Assembly: GCF_009914755.1 (NCBI RefSeq)
Contig: NC_060946.1
Source: the human T2T-CHM13v2.0 reference genome, Homo sapiens
Reading direction: 5' to 3' (one strand)
DNA: 64,000 nucleotides
Position 1 is the stretch's first letter; every line of letters begins with the position of its first letter. The notes below the pieces were generated by a model. That model did not search any database. It saw only the letters and a list, made by a program, of their open reading frames with translations, and had not been told where the DNA came from. Shown here piece by piece: positions 38,401 to 53,283 of the stretch. A program made the position numbers and the translations under genes.

Positions 38401-41400
38401 ATTCTTGCCTGGTCTCTGCCTACTGTGGACATTGTGACATATCTCTGCACTGATCTCCCAGGTGCTGTAACTTTTGTCTAGGCTCCGGCTACACGGCATT
38501 GTGACATATCACTGCACTGATCACCCAGGCGATATAACTCTTCTCTAGGATCTGACCACAGGGTGCTTTGTGACATATCCCTGCAATGATCACCCAGGTG
38601 ATATACCAGTTGCCAAGGCTCTGCCTTCAGGGGCATTGCAATGTATCTCTGCACTGATCAGCTAGTTCTTGTAGCTATTTTCTAGGATCTGCCTACAGGG
38701 TGCTTTGTGACGTGTCCCAGCAAGGATTACCCAGGTGATGTACCTCTCATCAAGGCTCTGCCTACAGGCACATTGTGATGTATCTCTGCACTGATCACCT
38801 AGGTCATGTAACTTTTTTCTAGGCTCTACCTACGATGGCATTGTGACATATCTCTGCACTAATCATCCAAGTGATGTAACTCTTGTCTAGGATGTGCCTA
38901 AATTAACTTTTTGACATAACCCTGTACTGATCATCCAGGTGATGGAGCTTTTGTCTAGGCTCTGCCTAAGGGGGCATTGTGACATATTTCTGCATTGATC
39001 ACCCAGGTGGTGAACTCTTCTCTCGGATCTGCCTATGGGGGCATTGTGAGAAATGTCTGCCCTGATCACCCAGGTGATGTAACTGTTGTGTAACCTCTGC
39101 CTACAGGGGAATTGTGAGAGATCTCGTCACTCATTACCCAAGTGATGTAACCATTGTCTAGGCTTTGCGTACAGGGGGCTTTGTGACATACCTTTGCACT
39201 GATCACCCAGGTGATGTAACACATCTAAGTTCGGCCTAAAGGAGCTTTGTGACATATCTCTGTCCTGATCACTTAGGTGATGTAACACTTTTATAATCAC
39301 TGCCTACAGGGAATTTTGACAAATCTCTGCACTGATCACCTAGGTGATGTAACTCTTGTCTACCCTCTGTCCAACGGGGCATTGTGAAATATCTCTGCAC
39401 TGATCACCCAGGTGATTCAACTCTTGACTAGGAACTGCCTACAGAGGTTATTGTGAAATATCTCTGCACTGATAAACTAGGTGGTGTAACCCTTGTCCAA
39501 GCTCTGCCTACAGGGTCGTTTCCACATATCCCTGAACTGATGACAAAGGTGATGTAACCCTTGCCTAGGCTTTGCCTACAGGGAACATTGGACATATATC
39601 TGCACTGATCACCCAGGTGATGCAACTCTTGCCTAGGCTTTGCCTTCAGGGGACATTGTGACATATCTCTTCAATGATCACTCATGTGATGCATCTCTTG
39701 CCTAGGCTTTGCCTACAGGGGACATTGTGACATATCTCTGCACTGATCTCCCAGGTGCTGTAACTTTAGTCTATTCTCTGGCTACACGGCATTGTGACCT
39801 ACTTCTGCACTGATCACCCAGGTGATATAACTCTTCTCTAGGATCTGCCTACAGGGTACTTTGTGACATATCCCTGCACTGATCACCCAGGTGATCTAAC
39901 CCTGGTCTAAGCTCTGCCTAAAGGGGCTTTGTGACAGATCTCTGCACTGATTACTCTGGTGATGTAAGTATTGTCTAGGCTCTGCTTCAAGGGGCCTTGT
40001 CACATATCTCTGCACTGATCACCCAGGTGATGTAACTCTTGTCTAGGCTCTGCTTCCAGGGCATATTGTGACATATCTATGCACTGATCACCTTAGTGAT
40101 GTAACACTTTGGTAGGCTCGGCCTACAGGGGAATCTTGACATATCTCTGCACTGTTAACCGAGGTGATTTAACTCTTGTCTAGGCTGTGCCCACAGGAGA
40201 ATTGAGACATATCTCTGCACTGATCCCGAGGTGATACAACTCTTGCCTTGTCTCTGCCTACTGTGGACATTGTGACATATCTCTGCACTGATCTCCCAGG
40301 TGCTGTAACTTTAGTCTAGGCTCTGGCTACACGGCATTGTGACATATCACTGCACTGATCACCCAGGCGATACAACTCTTCTCCAGGATCTGACCACAGG
40401 GTGCTTTGTGATATATCCCTGCAATGATCACCCAGGTGATATACCACTTGCCAAGGCTCTGTCTACAGGGGCATTGCAATGTATCTCTGCACTGATCACC
40501 TAGGTCTTGTAGCTATTTTCTAGGATCTGCCTACAGGGTGCTTTGTGACGTGTCCCAGCAAGGATTACCCAGGTGATGTACCTCTCATCAAGGCTCTGCC
40601 TACAGGCACATTGTGATGTATCTCTGCACTGATCACCTCGGTCATGTAACTTTTCTAGGCTATACCTACGATGGCATTGTGACATATCTCTGCACTAATC
40701 ATCCAAGTGATGTAACTCTTGTCTAGGATGTGCCTAAATTAACTTTTTCACATAACCCTGTACTGATCATCCAGGTGATGGAGCTTTTGTCTAGGCTCTG
40801 CCTAAAGGGGCATTGTGACATATTTCTGCATTGATCCCCCAGGTGGCGAACTCTTCTCTCGGATCTGCCTATGGGGGCATTGTGAGAAATGTCTGCACTG
40901 ATCACCCAGGTGATGTAACTGTTGTGTAACCTCTGCCTACAGGGGAATTGTGAGAGATCTCGTCATTCATTACCCAAGTGATGTAACCATTGTCTAGGCT
41001 TTGCGTACAGGGGGCTTTGTGACATACCTTTGCACTGATCACCCAGGTGATGTAACACATCTAAGTTCGGCCTAAAGGAGCTTTGTGACATATCTCTGCA
41101 CTGATCACTTACGTGATGTAACACTTTTATAATCACTGCCTACAGGGAATTTTGACAAATCTCTGCACTGATCTCCTAGGCGATGTAACTCTTGTCTACC
41201 CTCTGTCCAACGGGGCATTGTGAAATATCTCTGCACTGATCACCCAGGTGATTCAACTCTTGACTTGGAACTGCCTACAGAGGTTATTGTGAAATATCTC
41301 TGCACTGATAAACTAGGTGGTGTAACCCTTGTCGAAGCTCTGCCTACAGGGTCGTTTCCACATATCCCTGAACTGATGACAAAGGTGATGTAACCCTTGC

Positions 41401-44400
41401 CTAGGCTTTGCCTACAGGGAACAATGGACATATATCTGCACTGATCACCCAGGTGATGCAACTCTTGCCTAGGCTTTGCCTACAGGGGACATTGTGACAT
41501 ATCTCTTCAATGATCACTCATGTGATGCATCTCTTGCCTAGGCTTTGCCTACAGGGGACATTGTGACATATCTCTGCACTGATCTCCCAGGTGCTGTAAC
41601 TTTTGTCTAGGCTCCGGCTACACGGCATTGTGACATATCACTGCACTGATCACCCAGGCGATATAACTCTTCTCTAGGATCTGACCACAGGGTGCTTTGT
41701 GACATATCCCTGCAATGATCACCCAGGTGATATACCAGTTGCCAAGGCTCTGCCTTCAGGGGCATTGCAATGTATCTCTGCACTGATCAGCTAGTTCTTG
41801 TAGCTATTTTCTAGGATCTGCCTACAGGGTGCTTTGTGACGTGTCCCAGCAAGGATTACCCAGGTGATGTACCTCTCATCAAGGCTCTGCCTACAGGCAC
41901 ATTGTGATGTATCTCTGCACTGATCACCTAGGTCATGTAACTTTTTTCTAGGCTCTACCTACGATGGCATTGTGACATATCTCTGCACTAATCATCCAAG
42001 TGATGTAACTCTTGTCTAGGATGTGCCTAAATTAACTTTTTGACATAACCCTGTACTGATCATCCAGGTGATGGAGCTTTTGTCTAGGCTCTGCCTAAGG
42101 GGGCATTGTGACATATTTCTGCATTGATCACCCAGGTGGTGAACTCTTCTCTCGGATCTGCCTATGGGGGCATTGTGAGAAATGTCTGCCCTGATCACCC
42201 AGGTGATGTAACTGTTGTGTAACCTCTGCCTACAGGGGAATTGTGAGAGATCTCGTCACTCATTACCCAAGTGATGTAACCATTGTCTAGGCTTTGCGTA
42301 CAGGGGGCTTTGTGACATATCCCTGCACTGATCACCCAGGTGATCTAACTCTGGTCTAAGCTCTGCCTAAAGGGGCATTGTGACAGATCTCTGCACTGAT
42401 CACTCTGGTGATGTAAGTATTGTCTAGGCTCTGCTTCAAGGGGCCTTGTCACATATCTCTGCACTGATCACCCAGGTGATGTAACTCTTTTGTAGGCTCT
42501 GCTTCCAGGGCATATTGTGACATATCTATGCACTGATCACCTTAGTGATGTAACACTTTGGTAGGCCCGGCCTACAGGGGAATCTTGACATATCTCTGCA
42601 CTGTTAACCGAGGTGATTTAACTCTTGTCTAGGCTGTGCCCACAGGGGGATTGAGACATATCTCTGCACTGATCCCGAGGTGATACAATTCTTGCCTGGT
42701 CTCTGCCTACTGTGGACATTCTGACATATCTCTGCACTGATCTCCCAGGTGCTGTAACTTTAGTCTAGGCTCCGGCTACACGGCATTGTGACATATCACT
42801 GCACTGATCACCCAGGCGATATAACTCTTCTCTAGGATCTGACCACAGGGTGCTTTGTGACATATCCCTGCAATGATCACCCAGGTGATATACCACTTGC
42901 CAAGGCTCTGCCTACAGGGGCATTGCAATGTATCTCTGCACTGATCACCTAGTTCTTGTAGCTATTTTCTAGGATCTGCCTACAGGGTGCTTTGTGATGT
43001 GTCCCAGCAAGGATTACCCAGGTGATGTACCTCTCATCAAGGCTCTGCCTACAGGCACATTGTGATGTATCTCTGCACTGATCACCTAGGTCATGTAACT
43101 TTTTTCTAGGCTCTACCTACGATGGCATTGTGACATATCTCTGCACTAATCATCCAAGTGATGTAACTCTTGTCTAGGATGTGCCTAAATTAACTTTTTG
43201 ACATAACCCTGTACTGATCATCCAGGTGATGGAGCTTTTGTCTAGGCTCTGCCTAAGGGGGCATTGTGACATATTTCTGCATTGATCACCCAGGTGGCGA
43301 ACTCTTCTCTCGGATCTGCCTATTGGGGCATTGTGAGAAATGTCTGCACTGATCACCCAGGTGATGTAACTGTTGTGTAACCTCTGCCTACAGGGGAATT
43401 GTGAGAGATCTCGTCACTCATTACCCAAGTGATGTAACCATTGTCTAGGCTTTGCGTACAGGGGGCTTTGTGACATACCTTTACACTGATCACCCAGGTG
43501 ATGTAACACATCTAAGTTCGGCCTGAAGGAGCTTTGTGACATATCTCTGCACTGATCACTTAGGTGATGTAACACTTTTATAATCACTGCCTACAGGGAA
43601 TTTTGACAAATCTCTGCACTGATCACCTAGGTGATGTAACTCTTGTCTACCCTCTGTCCAACGGGGCATTGTGAAATATCTCTGCACTGATCACCCAGGT
43701 GATTCAACTCTTGACTAGGAACTGCCTACAGAGGTTATTGTGAAATATCTCTGCACTGATAAACTAGGTGGTGTAACCCTTGTCCAAGCTCTGCCTACAG
43801 GGTCGTTTCCACATATCCCTGAACTGATGACAAAGGTGATGTAACCCTTGCCTAGGCTTTGCCTACGGGGAACATTGGATATATATCTGCACTGATCACC
43901 CAGGTGATGCAACTCTTGCCTAGGCTTTGCCTACAGGGAACATTGTGACATATCTCTTCAATGATCACTCATGTGATGCATCTCTTGCCTAGGCTTTGCC
44001 TACAAGGGACATTGTGACATATCTCTGCACTGATCTCCCAGGTGTTGTAACTTTAGTCTAGGCTTTGGCCACACGGCATTGTGACCTACCTCTGCACTGA
44101 TCACCCAGGTGATATAACTCTTCTCTAGGATCTGCCTACAGGGTACTTTGTGACATATCCCTGCACTGATCACCCAGGTGATCTAACTCTGGTCTAAGCT
44201 CTGCCTAAAGGGGCATTGTGACAGATTTCTGCACTGATCACTCTGGTGATGTAAGTATTGTCTAGGCTCTGCTTCAAGGGGCCTTGTCACATATCTCTGC
44301 ACTGATCACCCAGGTGATGTAACTCTTGTCTAGGCTCTGCTTCCAGGGCATATTGTGACATATCTATGCACTGATCACCTTAGTGATGTAACACTTTGGT

Positions 44401-47400
44401 AGGCTCGGCCTACAGGGGAATCTTGACATATCTCTGCACTGTTAACCGAGGTGATTTAACTCTTGTCTAGGCTGTGCCCACAGGAGAATTGAGACATATC
44501 TCTGCACTGATCCCGAGGTGATACAACTCTTGCCTGGTCTCTGCCTACTGTGGACATTGTGACATATCTCTGCACTGATCTCCCAGGTGCTGTAACTTTA
44601 GTCTAGGCTCTGGCTACACGGCATTGTGACATATCACTGCACTGATCACCCAGGCGATACAACTCTTCTCCAGGATCTGACCACAGGGTGCTTTGTGATA
44701 TATCCCTGCAATGATCACCCAGGTGATATACCACTTGCCAAGGCTCTGTCTACAGGGGCATTGCAATGTATCTCTGCACTGATCACCTAGGTCTTGTAGC
44801 TATTTTCTAGGATCTGCCTACAGGGTGCTTTGTGACGTGTCCCAGCAAGGATTACCCAGGTGATGTACCTCTCATCAAGGCTCTGCCTACAGGCACATTG
44901 TGATGTATCTCTGCACTGATCACCTCGGTCATGTAACTTTTCTAGGCTATACCTACGATGGCATTGTGACATATCTCTGCACTAATCATCCAAGTGATGT
45001 AACTCTTGTCTAGGATGTGCCTAAATTAACTTTTTCACATAACCCTGTACTGATCATCCAGGTGATGGAGCTTTTGTCTAGGCTCTGCCTAAGGGGGCAT
45101 TGTGACATATTTCTGCATTGATCCCCCAGGTGGCGAACTCTTCTCTCGGATCTGCCTATGGGGGCATTGTGAGAAATGTCTGCACTGATCACCCAGGTGA
45201 TGTAACTGTTGTGTAACCTCTGCCTACAGGGGAATTGTGAGAGATCTCGTCATTCATTACCCAAGTGATGTAACCATTGTCTAGGCTTTGCGTACAGGGG
45301 GCTTTGTGACATACCTTTGCACTGATCACCCAGGTGATGTAACACATCTAAGTTCGGCCTAAAGGAGCTTTGTGACATATCTCTGCACTGATCACTTACG
45401 TGATGTAACACTTTTATAATCACTGCCTACAGGGAATTTTGACAAATCTCTGCACTGATCTCCTAGGCGATGTAACTCTTGTCTACCCTCTGTCCAACGG
45501 GGCATTGTGAAATATCTCAGCACTGATCACCCAGGTGATTCAACTCTTGACTTGGAACTGCCTACAGAGGTTATTGTGAAATATCTCTGCACTGATAAAC
45601 TAGGTGGTGTAACCCTTGTCCAAGCTCTGCCTACAGGGTCGTTTCCACATATCCCTGAACTGATGACAAAGGTGATGTAACCCTTGCCTAGGCTTTGCCT
45701 ACAGGGAACAATGGACATATATCTGCACTGATCACCCAGGTGATGCAAATCTTGCCTAGGCTTTGCCTACAGGGGACATTGTGACATATCTCTTCAATGA
45801 TCACTCATGTGATGCATCTCTTGCCTAGGCTTTGCCTACAGGGGACATTGTGACATATCTCTGCACTGATCTCCCAGGTGCTGTAACTTTAGTCTAGGCT
45901 TTGGCTACACGGCATTGTGACCTACCTCTGCACTGATCACCAAGGTGATATAACTCTTCTCTAGGATCTGCCTACAGGGTACTTTGTGACATATCCCTGC
46001 ACTGATCACCCAGGTGATCTAACTCTGGTCTAAGCTCTGCCTAAAGGGGCATTGTGACAGATCTCTGCACTGATCACTCTGGTGATGTAAGTATTGTCTA
46101 GGCTCTGCTTCAAGGGGCCTTGTCACATATCTCTGCACTGATCACCCAGGTGATGTAACTCTTTTGTAGGCTCTGCTTCCAGGGCATATTGTGACATATC
46201 TATGCACTGATCACCTTAGTGATGTAACACTTTGGTAGGCTCGGCCTAAAGGGGAATCTTGACATATCTCTGCACTGTTAACCGAGGTGATTTAACTCTT
46301 GTCTAGGCTGTGCCCACATGGGGATTGAGACATATCTCTGCACTGATCCCTAGGTGATACAACTCTTGCCTGGTCTCTGCCTACTGTGGACATTGTGACA
46401 TATCTCTGCACTGATCTCCCAGGTGCTGTAACTTTAGTCTAGGCTCTGGCTACACGGCATTGTGACATATCACTGCACTGATCACCCAGACGATATAACT
46501 CTTCTCCAGGATCTGACCACAGGGTGCTTTGTGATATATCCCTGCAATGATCACCCAGGTGATATACCACTTGCCAAGGCTCTGCCTACAGGGGCATTGC
46601 AATGTATCTCTGCACTGATCACCTAGGTCTTGTAGCTATTTTCTAGGATCTGCCTACAGGGTGCTTTGTGACGTTTCCCAGCAAGGATTACCCAGGTGAT
46701 GTACCTCTCATCAAGGCTCTGCCTACAGGCACATTGTGATGTATCTCTGCACTGATCACCTCGGTCATGTAACTTTTTTCTAGGCTCTACCTACGATGGC
46801 ATTGTGACATATCTCTGCACTAATCATCCAAGTGTTGTAACTCTTGTCTAGGATGTGCCTAAATTAACTTTTTGACATAACCCTCTACTGATCATCCAGG
46901 TGATGGAGCTTTTGTCTAGGCTCTGCCTAAGGGGGCATTGTGACATATTTCTGCATTGATCACCCAGGTGGCGAACTCTTCTCTCGGATCTGCCTATGGG
47001 GGCATTGTGAGAAACCTCTGCACTGATCACCCAGGTGATGTAACAGTTTTGTAACCTCTGCCTACAGGGGAATTGTGAGAGATCTCGTCACTCATTACCC
47101 AAGTGATGTAACCACTGTCTAGGCTTTGCGTAAAGGGGGCTTTGTGACATACCTTTGCACTGATCACCCAGGTGATGTAACACATCTAAGTTCGGCCTAA
47201 AGGAGCTTTGTGACATATCTCTGCACTGATCACTTACGTGATGTAACACTTTTATAATCACTGCCTACCGGGAATTTTGACAAATCTCTGCACTGATCAC
47301 CTAGGTGATGTAACTCTTGTCTACCCTCTGTCCAACGGGGCATTGTGAAATCTCTCTGCACTGATCACCCAGGTGATTCAACTCTTGACTAGGAACTGCC

Positions 47401-49542
47401 TACAGAGGTTATTGTGAAATATCTCTGCACTGATAAACTAGGTGGTGTAACCCTTGTCAAAGCTCTGCCTACAGGGTCGTTTCCACATATCCCTGAACTG
47501 ATGACAAAGGTGATGTAACCCTTTCCTAGGCTTTGCCTACAGGGATCATTGGACATATATCTGCACTGATCACCCAGGTGATGCAACTCTTGCCTAGGCT
47601 TTGCCTATAGGGGACATTGTGACATATCTCTTCAATGATCACTCATGTGATGCATCTCTTGCCTAGGCTTTGCCTACAGGGGACATTGTGACATATCTCT
47701 GCACTGATCTCCCAGGTGCTGTAACTTTAGTCTAGGCTTTGGCTACACGGCATTGTGACCTACCTCTGCACTGATCACCCAGGTGATATAACTCTTCTCT
47801 AGGATCTGCCTACAGGGTACTTTGTGACATATCCCTGCAATGATCACCCAGGTGATCTAACTCTGGTCTAAGCTCTGCCTAAAGGCGCATTGTGACAGAT
47901 CTCTGCACTGATCACTCTGGTGATGTAAGTATTGTCTAGGCTCTGCTTCAAGGGGCCTTGTCACATATCTCTGCACTGATCACCCAGGTGATGTAACTCT
48001 TGTCTAGGCTCTGCTTCCAGGGCATATTGTGACATATCTATGCACTGATCACCTTAGTGATGTAACACTTTGGTAGGCTCGGCCTACAGGGGAATCTTGA
48101 CATATCTCTGCACTGTTAACCGAGGTGATTTAACTCTTGTCTAGGCTGTGCCCACAGGGGTTTGAGACATATCTCTGCACTGATCCCGAGGTGATACAAC
48201 TCTTGCCTGGTCTCTGCCTACTGTGGACATTTTGACATATCTCTGCACTGATCTCCCAGGTGCTGTAACTTTAGTCTAGGCTCTGGCTACACGGCATTGT
48301 GACATATCACTGCACTGATCACCGAGGCGATATAAATCTTCTCTAGGATCTGACCACAGGGAGCTTTGTGACATATCCCTGCAATGATCACCCAGGTGAT
48401 ATACCACTTGCCAAGGCTCTGCCTACAAGGGCATTGCAATGTATCTCTGCACTGATCACCTAGGTCTTGTAGCTATTTTCTAGGATCTGCCTACAGGGTG
48501 CTTTGTGACGTGTCCCAGCAAGGATTACCCAGGTGATGTACCTCTCATCAAGGCTCTGCCTACAGGCACATTGTGATGTATCTCTGCACTGATCACCTAG
48601 GTCATGTAACTTTTTTCTAGGCTCTACCTACGATGGCTTTGTGACATATCTCTGCACTAATCATCCAAGTGATGTAACTCTTGTCTAGGATGTGCCTAAA
48701 TTAACTTTTTGACATAACCCTGTACTGATCATCCAGGTGATGGAGCTTTTGTCTAGGCTCTGCCTAAGGGGGCATTGTGACATATTTCTGCATTGATCAC
48801 CCAGGTGGCGAACTCTTCTCTCGGATCTGCCTATGGGGGCATTGTGAGAAATCTCTGCACTGATCACCCAGGTGATGTAACTGTTGTGTAACCTCTGCCT
48901 ACAGGGGAATTGTGAGAGATGTCGTCACTGATTACCCAAGTGATGTAATCGTTGTCTAGGCTTTGCGTACAGGGGGCTTTGTGACATACCTTTGCACTGA
49001 TCACCCAGGTGATGTAACACATCTAAGTTCGGCCTAAAGGAGCTTTGTGACATATCTCTGCACTGATCACTTAGGTGATGTAACAGTTTTATAATCACTG
49101 CCTACAGGGAATTTTGACAAATCTCTGCACTGATAACCTAGGTGATGTAATTCTTGTCTACCCTCTGTCCAACGGGACATTGTGAAATATCTCTGCACTG
49201 ATCACCCAGGTGATTCAACTCTTGACTAGGAACTGCCTACAGAGGTTATTGTGAAATATCTCTGCACTGATAAACTAGGTGGTGTAACCCTTGTCCAAGC
49301 ACTGCCTACAGGGGCGTTTCCACATATCCCTGAACTGATGACAGAGGTGATGTAACTCTTGCCTAGGCTTTGCCCACAGGGAACATTGGACATATATCTG
49401 CACTGATCACCCAGGTGATGCAACTCTTGCCTAGGCTTTGCCTACAGGGGACATTGTGACATATTTCTTCAATGATCACTCATGTGATGCATCTCTTGCC
49501 TAGGCTTTGCCTACAGGGGACATTGTGACATATCTCTGCACT
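32427..49542. repeat. 27-monomer HOR variant domain (1836-1838 bp; M1/M2 fused), including rearranged units
   Basis: The fused monomer ...CACGGCATTGTGAC|CTACCTCTGCACT occurs at ~32480, 34283, 36122, 37960, 39798, 44085, 45921 and 47759. Landmark spacing is 1838 = 1906-68. Confidence 0.92.
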
Positions 49543-51448
49543 GATCTCCCAGGTGCTGTAACTTTAGTCTAGGCTCTGGCTACACGGCATTGTGACATAT
49601 CACTGCACTGATCAACCAGGTGATATAACTCTTGTATAGGCTCTGCCTACAGGGGGATTGTGACCTACCTCTGCACTGATCACCCAGGTGATATAACTCT
49701 TCTCTAGGATCTTCCTACAGGGTACTTTGTGACATATCACTGCACTGATCACCCAGGTGATCTATCTCTGGTCTAAGCTCTGCTTAAAGGGGCATTGTGA
49801 CAGATCTCTGCACTGATCACTCAGGTGATGTAAGTATTGTCTAGGCTCTGCTTCAAGGGGCCTTGTCACATATCTCTGCACTGATCACCCAGGTGATGTA
49901 ACTCTTGTCTAGGCTCTGCTTCCAGGGCATATTGTGACATATCTATGCACTGATCACCTTAGTGATGTAACACTTTGGTAGGCTCGGCCTACAGGGGAAT
50001 CTTGACATATCTCTGCACTGTTAACCGAGGTGATTTAACTCTTGTCTAGGCTGTGCCCACAGGGGGATTGAGACATATCTCTGCACTGATCCCGAGGTGA
50101 TACAACTGTTGCCTGGTCTCTGCCTACTGTGGACATTGTGACATATCTCTGCACTGATCTCCCAGGTGCTGTAACTTTAGTCTAGGCTCTGGCTACACGG
50201 CATTGTGACATATCACTGCACTGATCACCCAGGCGATATAACTCTTCTCTAGGATCTGACCACAGGGTGCTTTGTGACATATCCCTGCAATGATCACCCA
50301 GGTGATATACCACTTGCCAAGGCTCTGCCTACAGGGGCATTGCAATGTATCTCTGCACTGATCACCTAGGTCTTGTAGCTCTTTTCTAGGATCTGCCTAC
50401 AGGGTGCTTTGTGACGTGTCCCAGCAAGGATTACCCAGGTGATGTACCTCTCATCAAGGCTCTGCCTACAGGCACATTGTGATGTATCTCTGCACTGATC
50501 ACCTAGGTCATGTAACTTTTTTCTAGGCTCTACCTACGATGGCATTGTGACATATCTCTGCACTAATCATCCAAGTGATGTAACTCTTGTCTAGGATGTG
50601 CCTAAATTAACTTTTTGACATAACCCTGTACTGATCATCCAGGTGATGGAGCTTTTGTCTAGGCTCTGCCTAAGGGGGCATTGTGACATATTTCTGCATT
50701 GATCCCCCAGGTGGCGAACTCTTCTCTCGGATCTGCCTATGGGGGCATTGTGAGAAATCTCTGCACTGATCACCCAGGTGATGTAACTGTTGTGTAACCT
50801 CTGCCTACAGGGGAATTGTGAGAGATCTCGTCACTCATTACCCAAGTGATGTAACCATTGTCTAGGCTTTGCGTACAGGGGGCTTTGTGACATACCTTTG
50901 CACTGATCACCCAGGTGATGTAACACATCTAAGTTCGGCCTAAAGGAGCTTTGTGACATATCTCTGCACTGATCACTTAGGTGATGTAACACTTTTATAA
51001 TCACTGCCTACAGGGAATTTTGACAAATCTCTGCACTGATCACCTAGGTGATGTAACTCTTGTCTACCCTCTGTCCAACGGAGCATTGTGAAATATCTCT
51101 GCACTGATCACCCAGGTGATTCAACTCTTGACTAGGAACTGCCTACAGAGGTTATTGTGAAATATCTCTGCACTGATAAACTAGGTGGTGTAACCGTTGT
51201 CCAAGCTCTGCCTACAGGGGCGTTTCCACATATCCCTGAACTGATGACAAAGGTGATGTAACTCTTGCCTAGGCTTTGCCTACAGGGAACATTGGACATA
51301 TATCTGCACTGATCACCCAGGTGATGCAACTCTTGCCTAGGCTTTGCCTACAGGGGACATTGTGACATATCTCTTCAATGATCACTCATGTGATGCATCT
51401 CTTGCCTAGGCTTTGCCTACAGGGGACATTGTGACATATCTCTGCACT
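49543..51448. repeat. Single intact 28-mer unit inside the 27-mer domain
   Basis: M2 (GATCAACCAGGTGATATAACTCTTGTATAGG) is present at ~49610, and the landmark spacing 48685->50591 is 1906. Confidence 0.9.
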
Positions 51449-53283
51449 GATCTCCCAGGTGATGTAATTTAGTCTAGGCTCTGGCTACACGGCATTGTGA
51501 CCTACCTCTGCACTGATCACCCAGGTGATATAACTCTTCTCTAGGATCTGCCTACAGGGTACTTTGTGAAATATCTCTGCACTGATCACCCAGGTGATCT
51601 AACTCTGGTCTAAGCTCTGCCTAAAGGGGCATTGTGACAGATCTCTGCACTGATCACTCTGGTGATGTACGTATTGTCTAGGCTCTGCTTCAAGGGGCTT
51701 TGTCACATATCTCTGCACTGATCACCCAGGTGATGTAACTCTTGTCTAGGCTCTGCTTCCAGGGCATATTGTGACATATCTATGCACTGATCACCTTAGT
51801 GATGTAACACTTTGGTAGGCTCGGCCGACAGAGGAATCTTGACATATCTCTGCACAGTTAACCGGGGTGATTTAACTCTTGTCTAGGCTGTGCCCACAGG
51901 GGGATTGAGACATATCTCTGCACTGATCCCGAGGTGATACAACTCTTGCCTGGTCTCTGCCTACTGGGGACATTGTGACATATCTCTGCACTGATCTCCC
52001 AGGTGCTGTAACTTTAGTCTAGGCTCTGGCTACATGGCATTGTGACATATCACTGCACTGATCACCCAGGCGATATAACTCTTCTATAGGATCTGACCAC
52101 AGGGTGCTTTGTGACATATCCCTGCAATGATCACCCAGGTGATATACCACTTGCCAAGGCTCTGCCTACAGGGGCATTGCAGTGTATCTCTGCACTGATC
52201 ACCTAGGTCTTGTAGCTATTTTCTAGGATCTGCCTACAGGGTGCTTTGTGACGTGTCCCAGCAAGGATTACCCAGGTGACGTACCTCTCATCAAGGCTCT
52301 GCCTACAGGCACATTGTGATGTATCTCTGCACTGATCACCTCGGTCATTTAACTTTTTTCTAGGCTCTACCTACGATGGCATTGTGACATATCTCTGCAC
52401 TAATCATCCAAGTGATGTAACTCTTGTCTAGGATGTGCCTAAATTAACTTTTTGACATAACCCTGTACTGATCATCCAGGTGATGGAGCTTTTGTCTAGG
52501 CTCTGCCTAAGGGGGCATTGTGACATATTTCTGCATTGATCACCCAGGTGGCGAACTCTTGTCTCGGATCTGCCGATGGGGGCATTGTGAGAAATCTCTG
52601 CACTGATCACCCAGGTGATGTAACTGTTGTGTAACCTCTGCCTACAGGGGAATTGTGAGAGATCTCGTCACTCATTACCCAAGTTATGTAACCATTGTCT
52701 AGGCTTTGCGTACAGGGGGCTTTGTGACATACGTTTGCACTGATCACCCAGTTGATGTAACACCTAAGTTCGGCCTAAAGGAGCTTTGTGACATATCTCT
52801 GCACTGATCACTTAGGTGATGTAACACTTTTATAATCACTGCCTACAGGGAATTTTGACAAATCTCTGCACTGATCACCTAGGTGATGTAACTCTTGTCT
52901 ACCCTCTGTCCAACGGGGCATTGTGAAATATCTCTGCACTGATCACCCAGGTGATTCAACTCTTGACTAGGAACTGCCTACAGAGGTTATTGTGAAATAT
53001 CTCTGCACTGTTAAACTAGGTGGTGTAACCCTTGTCCAAGCTCTGCCTACAGGGGCGTTTCCACATATCCCTGAACTGATGACAAAGGTGATGTAACTCT
53101 TTCCTAGGCTTTGCCTACAGGGAACATTGGACATATATCTGCACTGATCACCCAGGTGATGCAACTCTTGCCTAGGCTTTGCCTACAGGGGACATTGTGA
53201 CATATCTCTTCAATGATCACTCATGTGATGCATCTCTTGCCTAGGCTTTGCCTACAGGGGACATTGTGACATATCTCTGCACT
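51449..53283. repeat. 27-mer HOR unit
   Basis: The M1/M2 fusion is at ~51501. The unit is 1835 bp and has two small deletions (~51467, ~52763). Confidence 0.88.
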
